Below the pieces are notes generated by a model that searched no databases, was not told the origin of the DNA, and saw only the letters and a list, made by a program, of their open reading frames with translations. This document shows positions 1 to 7,389 of a stretch of 26,915 bases of DNA, one piece after another. Origin of the DNA: a virus (taxonomy: Duplodnaviria; Caudoviricetes); the IMG/VR virus record IMGVR_UViG_3300010052_000134, positions 1 through 26,915 of that record, one strand, 5' to 3'. The position numbers and the translations under genes were made by a program. How positions within the stretch are numbered: position 1 is the stretch's first letter; each line of letters starts with the position of its first letter.

Positions 1-99
1 CATGCCGCCGACGCGCTGCACCGCCCGGCCGACGGCGGCCAACGGGCCGGTCGCGCGATCGATGGCTTGCAGCACCATCCGGACGGTGAAGTTGAACAT
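1..99 (-). CDS. Tail tape measure protein, N-terminal 33 aa (runs off the window)
   Basis: Manual translation MFNFTVRMVLQAIDRATGPLAAVGRAVQRVGGM; AAGGAG RBS upstream; AIDRATGPL resembles common myophage tape-measure N-termini; follows the chaperone gene. Confidence 0.8.
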   Translation of the reverse strand, partial: MFNFTVRMVLQAIDRATGPLAAVGRAVQRVGGM

Positions 100-105
100 C
101 GTTCT

Positions 106-264
106 CTAAGGCTCCTTTTGCTCGGTCAATCGCCGCGCTTGGCCGTGCCAGAACATCAGCTCGTCGCGCGTGAAGTCGCCGATATCGCGCGGCGGGAACT
201 TGAAGACGAAGCCTACGTCTCCAACGACGTCGTCTGTGTCTTCAGGCCACCCGGCACGAAAGGG
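106..264 (-). CDS. GpE'-like frameshift extension of the tail assembly chaperone (-1 frame)
   Basis: -1 frame from slippery C CCT TTC (258-264) reads PFRAGWPEDTDDVVGDVGFVFKFPPRDIGDFTRDELMFWHGQARRLTEQKEP*, resembling the P2 GpE family pattern (D-I-A-x-x-F-H-W-P-P...EL-x-x-W). Confidence 0.75.
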   Translation of the reverse strand, partial: PFRAGWPEDTDDVVGDVGFVFKFPPRDIGDFTRDELMFWHGQARRLTEQKEP

Positions 265-515
265 CCGAGCTTTTCCATGATCGCCGAGAAATCCGTCGCC
301 GAAAGATCGTCGATCGTCGAAGGTGGAAGTTCCGCGAGCTTGGCCAGCAAGCGGATGCCTTTCGCGACTTCGCCTTTCGCGGCGTCGGTCGAAGCAAGAT
401 CGCGCGCGCGAATGTCGGTGCGCACCTTCAGCTCGGTGATCTTTTCGTCCGGCTTGGGACCGGCCACCGGCACGGTGAGGGTGTGGACGAAAAACTTCGG
501 GGTCTCGGCGGCCAT
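213..515 (-). CDS. Tail assembly chaperone (Mu gp41 / P2 GpE-like), 100 aa
   Basis: MAAETPKFF...IDDLSATDFSAIMEKLGPF; AAGGGAG RBS; located between tube and tape measure. It is the true 3' part of the tracked 213..1682 ORF. Confidence 0.85.
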   Translation of the reverse strand: MAAETPKFFVHTLTVPVAGPKPDEKITELKVRTDIRARDLASTDAAKGEVAKGIRLLAKLAELPPSTIDDLSATDFSAIMEKLGPFVPGGLKTQTTSLET

Positions 516-532
516 GGTCGTCTCCCTTCGCG

Positions 533-898
533 TTAAGCTGCCTGACGCTCGGTCGCGGTCTTGGCCGCGATCTTGAGCGTGAACTTGCCGTCGCCGAGAT
601 CGCCGACTTCGGCGACCCAGGCGTTGGCGAGCACCCAGGTTGGGCCGCTGTCGGTCTCGAAGGTGGCGGTCGTATCGTTCAGCTTCGACAGTTCGTTGAA
701 CGACACACCGGGCCCATGCGCGATATCGCATTCGATCTCGGGCGACATGACCTCTTCGGTGTAGCCGTAGACCTTGTTGCCGACGACGCTGGTGCGCTTC
801 GGCACGACGCCGCGCAGCTTGGCACCCGGCAAGCTTTCGAGTTGCTTGCCGTTGAGCGAGATGTAGACCTGCCCGGTGCGCTGATTGGGGTTTGCCAT
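533..898 (-). CDS. Tail tube protein (Mu gpM-like)
   Basis: 121 aa, RTGQVYISLNG...GYTEE...PEIECDI...TATFETDSG.TWVLANAW; AAGGAG RBS; directly after the sheath gene. Confidence 0.9.
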   Translation of the reverse strand: MANPNQRTGQVYISLNGKQLESLPGAKLRGVVPKRTSVVGNKVYGYTEEVMSPEIECDIAHGPGVSFNELSKLNDTTATFETDSGPTWVLANAWVAEVGDLGDGKFTLKIAAKTATERQAA

Positions 899-916
899 CG
901 AGAAATCTCCTTGGCG

Positions 917-2377
917 TTAGACGAGGAACTGGAGCAACGCGGCGATCGTGACCAAGTTGTTCACGAGGTCCGGGCGGAACAGGATGTTCACGCGGTTCGC
1001 ATCGTTCGGATCGCGCACGACTTGCAACGATTCGATGAACCCGTTGACGTCTTCGATCAGGCCCGCCGCCTGCCATTCGACGGCGAGCGCGATCATCTCG
1101 GCGCGAATGTCCTTCGGCCGCGCGATCGTCGGGCCGCCGGGATGATCGTCGTTCGCGAGCTTGTGGCGCGGGAAGCGCAGCTGCACGCGCGTCCACATCG
1201 ACCAGCGCACATAGGCGAGCGTGCGCATCGTCGTCACGTCGAAATACGAGCGATCGAGCGCGCCGGCGGGGTTGGTCTTGTAGTTCGTGCACAGGCGCTC
1301 GATCGCCACCGTGCCGTCGTCGTGCACGATCGTCGTGGCGATGCCGGCGTTCAACAGCGTCTCGCGCTCGTTGCGCGTGCGCCACAGCTCGCGCGACGGC
1401 GCCATGACGGCGGGCAGTGTGAGGGTCTTGCGCTGGCGCGCGGGATCCGGCTCGAACGAGTCTCGCGCGGCGACCTGCGCCGCCTTCAGCCAAGGCGTGG
1501 TGGCTTCGTTGCCCGCGTCGGTGAACGAGAAATGCGGCGTGTTGTGCAGATTGCCGAGCGTCGTCAACGTGCCCACGGATCCGCGCACGCCGGCATGGGC
1601 GTAGCTGTCGTTCATCTGCATGGCGATGAAGCGACGCGCGAGCTCGGTCTTGATGTCGGCCAGGGCGGCGGCGGAGGTCCACGGCCAGACGATCGTGTCG
1701 TAACGCGCATCGCCCATCGCGGCGATCAGAGCCGACGGCGAGGGGTCCGACGTGCCGCCGGACATGGCGACGATCGCCAGACCGACCCCCGCCGGCAAGG
1801 CCTGGCCGGCGTAGTAGGAATGGCGCACGTCGATCGCGTTGCCGATCTCGCCCTTGTGTTTGGACGTGAGCGTTACGACGGCGTTGACGGCGGCGGCCGT
1901 CACCAAAAGATCGAGATCGGCCGTGATCGCGGCGACGAGGGCGGCGGCGATCGTGTTGGCCGAGTCGGCGGCGGCCACGCCGACGCGGACGTTGCGCCCG
2001 CCGATATACATCTCGATCGTGCCGGCGGCCGTGGCCGGGCCGGTGACGGTGACGGTGCCGGTTGCCGACGCGCCCGCGTTCGCGTCGTCGATCGGCAAGG
2101 CGAAGGTCTCGGTGTAGTCGTCGAGCGCCTTGAAGTTCGCGACGATCTGCGCGAGCTGCGAGCCGCGACCGAACATCGCGGTCGCCTCGGGGCCGTTGAA
2201 AATCGGCTGGATAACGCCCGACGGCGCCGTTCCGGTGGAGTGCCGTTGGCCGACCAGGAGCGCGCGCGGGCGGCGCACCGGCAAACCGCGCATCGCGCGG
2301 CTCGGGTCGATCTCGATGAACGTACCGCCCGTCAACAGGGAGACGGGCACTTGGGCGAACGCGGAGGAACTAAGCAT
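917..2377 (-). CDS. Tail sheath protein (Mu gpL-like)
   Basis: 486 aa with FGRGSQLA, DPARQ, TNPAGALDRSYFDV..RTL.Y.R, RFPRHKLAND and RVNILFRPDLVN motifs typical of Mu-type sheaths; AAGGAG RBS. Confidence 0.95.
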   Translation of the reverse strand: MLSSSAFAQVPVSLLTGGTFIEIDPSRAMRGLPVRRPRALLVGQRHSTGTAPSGVIQPIFNGPEATAMFGRGSQLAQIVANFKALDDYTETFALPIDDANAGASATGTVTVTGPATAAGTIEMYIGGRNVRVGVAAADSANTIAAALVAAITADLDLLVTAAAVNAVVTLTSKHKGEIGNAIDVRHSYYAGQALPAGVGLAIVAMSGGTSDPSPSALIAAMGDARYDTIVWPWTSAAALADIKTELARRFIAMQMNDSYAHAGVRGSVGTLTTLGNLHNTPHFSFTDAGNEATTPWLKAAQVAARDSFEPDPARQRKTLTLPAVMAPSRELWRTRNERETLLNAGIATTIVHDDGTVAIERLCTNYKTNPAGALDRSYFDVTTMRTLAYVRWSMWTRVQLRFPRHKLANDDHPGGPTIARPKDIRAEMIALAVEWQAAGLIEDVNGFIESLQVVRDPNDANRVNILFRPDLVNNLVTIAALLQFLV

Positions 2378-2398
2378 CGTCGTCTCCTTGAGTTGCGG

Positions 2399-2572
2399 TT
2401 AAGCCTTCTTCTTCGGCTCGACGATCGGCATGATCGTCACGTCGCCTTCCATCAGGCGCCGCTGCCAATGCGGCGAATCCGAAAGATCCTCGCCGCCGGC
2501 TTTCAGGACGCGCTTGCCGTCCTCGAAATGGACGGTCCGGCCTTCCGCCGGCGTGATGCGAAACAGGTTCAT
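2399..2572 (-). CDS. DUF2635 / Mu gp38-like small protein, 57 aa (absent from ORF track)
   Basis: Manual translation MNLFRITPAEGRTVHFEDGKRVLKAGGEDLSDSPHWQRRLMEGDVTIMPIVEPKKKA*; PxxGRxV and WxRRLxxGDV motifs; canonical position before the sheath gene. Confidence 0.88.
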   Translation of the reverse strand: MNLFRITPAEGRTVHFEDGKRVLKAGGEDLSDSPHWQRRLMEGDVTIMPIVEPKKKA

Positions 2573-2763
2573 TCGTGGATCCTCACGGGTTCGGGAGCGG
2601 CGGGACTACGGGGCGACAAAGGGATCAGGACGTTCACGCGGCTTGGATCCGCCGCGTCGCGTTCGACGCGCACACCGGCGATCATCTTCTGGACGGCGTC
2701 GTAGACGAGTGCCGCGCGGATGGCGCGTGCACGGCGTGCGGCGGCGAATTCGCTGCGCATCAT
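2569..2763 (-). CDS. Hypothetical 64-aa protein resembling the tail sheath C-terminus
   Basis: MMRSEF...IRAALV...VRVERDAADPSRVNVLIP...; ATGA overlaps with both neighbours; GTGAGG RBS. Confidence 0.7.
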   Translation of the reverse strand: MMRSEFAAARRARAIRAALVYDAVQKMIAGVRVERDAADPSRVNVLIPLSPRSPAAPEPVRIHE

Positions 2764-3383
2764 TCGGTCCTCACGTTGCCGGTTTGCGAAAAGTCGGGAT
2801 CGTTCGGCGGGATGGCCTGATGCGGCGCGATGTCCCAGTCGGCGCGCACCTTCAGGAAATCGTCGAGCACGAGGCCGCGCCGCGTGCGATCGGCGATGGC
2901 CGTACATTCGGCTTCGATGACGTAAACGACGAGGCGCTGTTTCTTGATGATCCCGTTGCGCAGCTGGAGAACGCGCTTCACGTCCATCGCTTCGACAAGA
3001 CCGTCTTCGCCTTCGATCCCGAGGAACGACCCTTCGAGTGCTGCCATCGCATCGCCCGAGATCAGGTAGGCGCCCGGCGCTTTGAGGTCTTCGCTCTTGC
3101 GCCCTTCGTCGGCGCCGCGCGTCGAAGTCGTCGCGATGATGATCTGCCAACGCAGCGGGACGTGCTTCTTCGCGCCGACATTCAGCATGTCGCCGGTGCC
3201 GGCGAAATTGACCAGCACGCCGGGCAGCTGCTTCAGCGCCGCCGCGACCGACGATTCGTCGTCCACGTCGAAGGATCCGGCATAGCCTTGGATGTCGCGC
3301 ACCGTGTAGCCGATCTTCTCGTGCGTTAGAAACGCGCGCAGCCGGCCGATGATCGCGTCCTCGATCTTGGCGAACTTGATCAT
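2760..3383 (-). CDS. Mu gp37-like (DUF1834) tail completion/terminator protein
   Basis: MIKFAKIEDAIIGRLR...YAGSFD...LPGVLVNFAG...PGAYLI; GGAGG RBS; ATGA overlap with the upstream gene; synteny. Confidence 0.85.
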   Translation of the reverse strand: MIKFAKIEDAIIGRLRAFLTHEKIGYTVRDIQGYAGSFDVDDESSVAAALKQLPGVLVNFAGTGDMLNVGAKKHVPLRWQIIIATTSTRGADEGRKSEDLKAPGAYLISGDAMAALEGSFLGIEGEDGLVEAMDVKRVLQLRNGIIKKQRLVVYVIEAECTAIADRTRRGLVLDDFLKVRADWDIAPHQAIPPNDPDFSQTGNVRTE

Positions 3384-3847
3384 TTCCCACCGCCTCCAGA
3401 CAAGGGCTCCGCCAGCCAGTCGCCGAGGATGGCGCGCGTCTCGGTGGCGTCGTCCTTCGACATGCCGATGAAGGGACGCGCGGGGATCGTCGCGGATCCG
3501 CCGCGCCCGGCCTTGCCGCCGAATTGATGGATCGCCGCATAGACGCGGTTCGTGCCGACCGTCACCTTGTCGCGTTCGGCGCGATGCGTGACCGACTGGC
3601 GCATGTGGCCGGTATCGACGAGCGTTTGCCCGTTGGTCTGAAGCGCGCGGATCGAGGGGCGCCACGGCGAGCCTTCGGGATCGACGCCCTTCTCGAAGCG
3701 ATGCAGGGTCGAAGTGACGAGCGAGCCGCCGATCTCGTCGTAGACCGGCGTCATGTCCGCGATGCGGCCGCGCAAGCGATAGAGCCGCTTGCCGATATCG
3801 GCCAGCGCCACTTGATCGACGGTGACGGGGAGCGATACGCCGGCCAT
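3380..3847 (-). CDS. Virion morphogenesis protein (Mu gpG / P2 gpS family)
   Basis: RFEKGVDPEGSPW, LVDTGHMRQSV, VGTNRVYAAIHQFGG and IPARPFIGMS signature motifs; ATG at 3847 overlaps the upstream stop. Confidence 0.93.
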   Translation of the reverse strand: MAGVSLPVTVDQVALADIGKRLYRLRGRIADMTPVYDEIGGSLVTSTLHRFEKGVDPEGSPWRPSIRALQTNGQTLVDTGHMRQSVTHRAERDKVTVGTNRVYAAIHQFGGKAGRGGSATIPARPFIGMSKDDATETRAILGDWLAEPLSGGGGK

Positions 3848-4275
3848 CAATAGCCCCGCATCGATCGGTCGGAGAAGATGCGATCGGGCCCGGAAGTCAA
3901 AACTTCGTCGGCGCCATCCGTCGCGGGCAAGGCCGCCGGCACGTTGAGCTTGAACAGCCCTTGCGCGATCTCGCGCAGCCGGGCGATCGCGTTCTTGTAC
4001 GCGTCCTTGATATCGTCGCCGGCCAGGTGGCGATGCATGCGGAAGCGCGCGATGTCTTCGCATGCCGTGACCAGCGGCGCCGGAAAGGGGGACGCGAGCG
4101 GGAGCGCGTAGCGGCCGATCAGATAGCCGTCGATCTCCGCGCTCGCGTCGGCGAGCGCCTTCGCCACGACGACAGGATCGATCTCGCCGGTCGGCGGATC
4201 GGCGTAATCGGAGATGCGCCGTATCTCGTCGGCGCCGAACCGATCTTCCATGTCCTGTTGCGTGGCGTAAGGCAT
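3847..4275 (-). CDS. Head-tail adaptor, Mu gp36/DUF1320 family
   Basis: MPYATQQDM..RFG, ALADASAEIDGYLIGRYALPL, CEDIARFRM and YKNAIARLREIAQG motifs. Confidence 0.93.
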   Translation of the reverse strand: MPYATQQDMEDRFGADEIRRISDYADPPTGEIDPVVVAKALADASAEIDGYLIGRYALPLASPFPAPLVTACEDIARFRMHRHLAGDDIKDAYKNAIARLREIAQGLFKLNVPAALPATDGADEVLTSGPDRIFSDRSMRGY

Positions 4276-4287
4276 CGCGGGCTCGCG

Positions 4288-4743
4288 TTAGTTCGGGGCG
4301 CCGAAGTCGTGGACGACTTCTTCGACCGTGAGCTCGGCGTCGTCGCGGATCGCCTTGATCTTCGCGGGATGCTCGGACAGCCGGACGTAGACAGGTTCCA
4401 CGCCGAAGATGATCTTCGAGCGCTCGTGGCCATCCTTCTTCGCGACGACGCGCAGCGCGTTCGGCTTGGGCCCATCCGACTTAGCCGCGGCGCTTTCCGC
4501 CGGCGCCTTCGCCAAGGTCGCCGGCGCTTGCTGCTGTTGCTGCTGCTGCTGCTGCGCGTCGTCTTCGAAGTCGTGCTGCACGGCTTCGACGATCAGTTGA
4601 CCGTTCGGTTTGCCTTCGGCTTCGAGGGCTTCGCCCTGCGATTTCGAAAGGTCGGTGAACTTGATGAAGCGCGGCGTGCGCGTGAAGACGAAGCCGGCGC
4701 GGCGGAACGACTCGGGGCGAGAGGTGATCTTGAAGGCGTTCAT
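4288..4743 (-). CDS. HI1506/Mu gp35-like protein, apparently two tandem domains joined by a poly-Q/Ala linker
   Basis: ITSRPESFRRAGFVF...QGEALEAE...LIVE N-domain; follows the capsid gene; GAGGA RBS. Confidence 0.7.
   Translation of the reverse strand: MNAFKITSRPESFRRAGFVFTRTPRFIKFTDLSKSQGEALEAEGKPNGQLIVEAVQHDFEDDAQQQQQQQQQAPATLAKAPAESAAAKSDGPKPNALRVVAKKDGHERSKIIFGVEPVYVRLSEHPAKIKAIRDDAELTVEEVVHDFGAPN
4528..4554 (-). repeat. (CAG/CAA) trinucleotide tract encoding poly-Q (nine codons by my count)
   Basis: Plus strand ttg ctg ctg ttg ctg ctg ctg ctg ctg. Confidence 0.9.
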
Positions 4744-4801
4744 GTCTGGATCCTCGATCGAGATTTCGGAAAGGCGTTGCCGTCGTTACTGCGACACATG
4801 C

Positions 4802-4829
4802 CGTCCGCGCCGGCGAACCGGCGCGGACG
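4802..4829 (-). terminator. GC-rich stem-loop after the capsid gene (terminator/attenuator or mRNA 3' stabiliser)
   Basis: Perfect 12-bp stem CGTCCGCGCCGG-TTCG-CCGGCGCGGACG about 10 nt after the capsid stop; no U-tract follows. Confidence 0.55.
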
Positions 4830-4838
4830 CGCGTGCCG

Positions 4839-5741
4839 TTAGTCGAGATACGGCTCGACGACGAGCTGGGCCGTGCCCTTCCAGGGGTTGGAGCCGCCGC
4901 CGTCGAGGTTCTCCGCGATCACGCATTTGCGGCCATCGCCTTCGAGCGCTTGGGGCACGAACAAGTGCGTGCCACGAGCGCCGATGGGATCGGCCGTGAA
5001 GTCCTTCTTGAATGTCGCGAACTTCGCGCGCGCAGCGGCATAGTTGTCCGGCGTGAGTGCGGCCTTCGACATCACGATCAGCTGCCAGATGCCGGCACCG
5101 ACATTCGCTCGGCCGTCCGCGCCGTAAAGGTATTGCTTCTGGTTGAAGACGTTGTCGTCTTCCTCCTTGTCCTTTCGGATCAACTTGTCGAAAGGCTTGC
5201 GCTTCTGCCAGATGACCGGCTTCAGCGTGCGCGAGAGATCCATCAGGAACCACGCGGGGCCGGCACCCGTGATGAAGTTGGAGACCTGTTCCTCGGTGCC
5301 GTCCGGCTTGATCTGCGGGTGGTCGGTATCGCAGAGATACTGGCCGTCGTAGCAGATCTGCGCGTTGGCGGTTTTCAGGAAGCCGAAAACCAGGCGCGAC
5401 GGGAAGCGCGCGGCTTCCTCACCCATCGCCTTGAACAGCGTCGTGTAAGTGCCGTACTGATCGTCCTCGAACTTGTCGCGATCGATGCCGATCGTCTGCT
5501 CGAAAGGCTTGTTCTTGATCCCGTAGTCATGCGCCGCGACGTTGTTTACGACGCGCTCGCCGAGCCATTCGCGGAAGCCCGGCAGATCCTTCAGCCAGCC
5601 GTACTTCTCCTCGGACGTGGTCGAGTTCACGGTCATGGCGACTTGATCGAGGCTGCTCGAACTAACGGCGCCGATACCCTGCTGAAATGCAGAGTTGAAG
5701 CCGATGAACGCAGCCGCCATCGAAGCTCTGGTGATGATCAT
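4839..5741 (-). CDS. Major capsid protein (Mu gpT family), 300 aa
   Basis: EKYGWLKDLPGFREWLGER, NKPFEQTIGIDRDKFEDDQYG, CYDGQYLCDTDHP, WFLMDLSRTLKPVIWQKRK, YLYGADGRANVG; start MIIT at 5741 with GAGGA RBS. Confidence 0.96.
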   Translation of the reverse strand: MIITRASMAAAFIGFNSAFQQGIGAVSSSSLDQVAMTVNSTTSEEKYGWLKDLPGFREWLGERVVNNVAAHDYGIKNKPFEQTIGIDRDKFEDDQYGTYTTLFKAMGEEAARFPSRLVFGFLKTANAQICYDGQYLCDTDHPQIKPDGTEEQVSNFITGAGPAWFLMDLSRTLKPVIWQKRKPFDKLIRKDKEEDDNVFNQKQYLYGADGRANVGAGIWQLIVMSKAALTPDNYAAARAKFATFKKDFTADPIGARGTHLFVPQALEGDGRKCVIAENLDGGGSNPWKGTAQLVVEPYLD

Positions 5742-5769
5742 GTTTGCTTGTCCTCTGGGGTTTGTGGGG

Positions 5770-6177
5770 TTACGGCGTCTCGACCCAGACGCCGGCGGCG
5801 TCCACGTCCCAGACCTTGCCGGCGGCCGAACGTGTGTTCGTGCCGTTGGTCTTCGCCACCTGCTCGTCATCAACGATGTAGATCGTCGCGCCGATCTCCG
5901 ACCGCGTGATGGCATCGCCCGAGGCCGAGTTCTTGAAGGCGGCGATCGTGCGCTTCACTTTCGCGTTGATCGCGCCATCGGCGCCGCCGGTGTTGTCGGC
6001 GTCGGCTTGCGCGACGCCGACGCAAACGTCGGTGGTCGCCGTGCGCGCCGGGCGCACATAGCCGCCATAAGCGACCACGAGACCGCCCTGTTTGATGAAG
6101 ACGCCGGCCGCGACGGGCAGATCGCGGTACTTGTTGTCGCCTTTCTCGGGAGTGTTGCGCGGGCCGGAGAGGGCCAT
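5770..6177 (-). CDS. Probable head decoration/cement protein
   Basis: 135 aa Gly/Ala-rich (PVAAG..IKQG.LV, DNTGGADGA, YIVDDEQVAKT, RSAAGKV.DVD..GVWV); lies between protease and capsid; AGGAG RBS. Confidence 0.7.
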   Translation of the reverse strand: MALSGPRNTPEKGDNKYRDLPVAAGVFIKQGGLVVAYGGYVRPARTATTDVCVGVAQADADNTGGADGAINAKVKRTIAAFKNSASGDAITRSEIGATIYIVDDEQVAKTNGTNTRSAAGKVWDVDAAGVWVETP

Positions 6178-6226
6178 TGGAAGCTCCTAGCTTGGGTTCT
6201 GGGGGTGGGTTCGATCGAGGGCCGCG

Positions 6227-6829
6227 TTAGACGGCGACCCCCTTGGTGATCTGTTCCTTCGACGTTTTGTAGTCGGCGGGCGAGAGACCCATGCGCGAGG
6301 CGATCTCGGTTTCGATCGCCGACAAGCCGCCTTCGCCTTGCGACGCCAACGACGGCTGGCCGGTGGCGGGATCGAGCAACGCAGGCATTGCCTTCAGATA
6401 CGCATCGAAGCCGGCGGGATCCTTCGTCGCGTAGTCCAGCGCCCAGGCTTTCGCGGCGGGCGCGACTTTGCCTTGCTCGATCGCGGACGCGACGACGGTC
6501 TCGGCCGTGTTCGTGGCCGCCTTCGTCCGCATGGTCGCGAGTTCCGTGTTGAGATTGCCGACGGTTTGGTTGAGCGAGGCGACTTGCGTCTTCAGCTGGC
6601 CGAGCTCGGTTGCATCGCCGGCGGTGTTCGCCTTCGCGATGACCGCTGCGGCGACCTGCTCGAGCGTGGCGTCCTTCGGCAATGCGAGTGCCACGGCCGT
6701 CGCGGCAACTTGCGAAGCCACCGTCGTCGTCTTGCTTTGCAGATCCTTGATCGCGGCGATCACGTCGTCGGTGGTGGCGCCAACGGCGAGGCCGAGCAGC
6801 GCGATCAGTTGCTTCAGAAATTCTTCCAT
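6227..6829 (-). CDS. Nested in-frame scaffolding protein (Mu gpZ-like), 200 aa
   Basis: Internal ATG (MEEFLKQLIALLGL) preceded by GAAGGA; Ala-rich coiled-coil; Mu I/Z precedent. Confidence 0.65.
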   Translation of the reverse strand: MEEFLKQLIALLGLAVGATTDDVIAAIKDLQSKTTTVASQVAATAVALALPKDATLEQVAAAVIAKANTAGDATELGQLKTQVASLNQTVGNLNTELATMRTKAATNTAETVVASAIEQGKVAPAAKAWALDYATKDPAGFDAYLKAMPALLDPATGQPSLASQGEGGLSAIETEIASRMGLSPADYKTSKEQITKGVAV

Positions 6830-7324
6830 GTCTGCGGTTCCTTCGGTTTGGTTTTGCGAAGCGAGGGCGGTCAGGTTTTCGAAGTTCGGCATGTTCGTGA
6901 GCCCGGCGCGCACGATGTGCAGGATGCGGCCGGTGTTCGGCTCGGGCTTGAACGCCGGCGAGATGTAGCGGTACTCGCGCGAAGCGATGGCGACGCCGCC
7001 GCGTTCGGTCCACTCGACGCGAACCCAGATGCCGTCGTCGCGCGCCTCGGCATCGTTGAACCAACCGGCGGCCGGGGCTTGCTGTCCGGCCTTTGCACCG
7101 AACGCCAGATCGAGCGCGTGGTCGTAGTCGATCGGCAACGGCCGCTTCGCGGCTTTGATCGACGCGGCAATGCGCTCGGCGTTCGGCCGATCGAGGCGAT
7201 AAGGCCCCTGGCCATTGACGCCGTACCATTGACCGATCGGCATGAGATGCACCCACTCGGGCGGCTTGCTGCCGTCCGCCGAAGCGATCTCGATAGAGGT
7301 GCCTTGCGCGATCTCGGGTTTCAT
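6227..7324 (-). CDS. Mu gpI-like prohead protease (with C-terminal scaffold)
   Basis: PEWVHLMP.G, LPIDYDH, APAAGW, VEWTERG..IASREYRYISPAF, AGLTNMP; AAGGAGG RBS. Confidence 0.95.
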   Translation of the reverse strand: MKPEIAQGTSIEIASADGSKPPEWVHLMPIGQWYGVNGQGPYRLDRPNAERIAASIKAAKRPLPIDYDHALDLAFGAKAGQQAPAAGWFNDAEARDDGIWVRVEWTERGGVAIASREYRYISPAFKPEPNTGRILHIVRAGLTNMPNFENLTALASQNQTEGTADMEEFLKQLIALLGLAVGATTDDVIAAIKDLQSKTTTVASQVAATAVALALPKDATLEQVAAAVIAKANTAGDATELGQLKTQVASLNQTVGNLNTELATMRTKAATNTAETVVASAIEQGKVAPAAKAWALDYATKDPAGFDAYLKAMPALLDPATGQPSLASQGEGGLSAIETEIASRMGLSPADYKTSKEQITKGVAV

Positions 7325-7389
7325 CGGGCCACGAGTTCCTCCTTGGCGTTTGGAACAGCTCCGACTTGCGAAGCGAGCGAGTGACTGCC

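Noticed and set aside
516-1682. N-terminal 389 aa of the tracked 489-aa minus-strand ORF 213..1682
   Set aside because: Arg-rich off-frame read-through overlapping sheath and tube; the real gene starts at ATG 515 with its own RBS.
4409-4600. Plus-strand ORF with a poly-Cys run
   Set aside because: It is the antisense reading of the CAG tract in the gp35-like gene.
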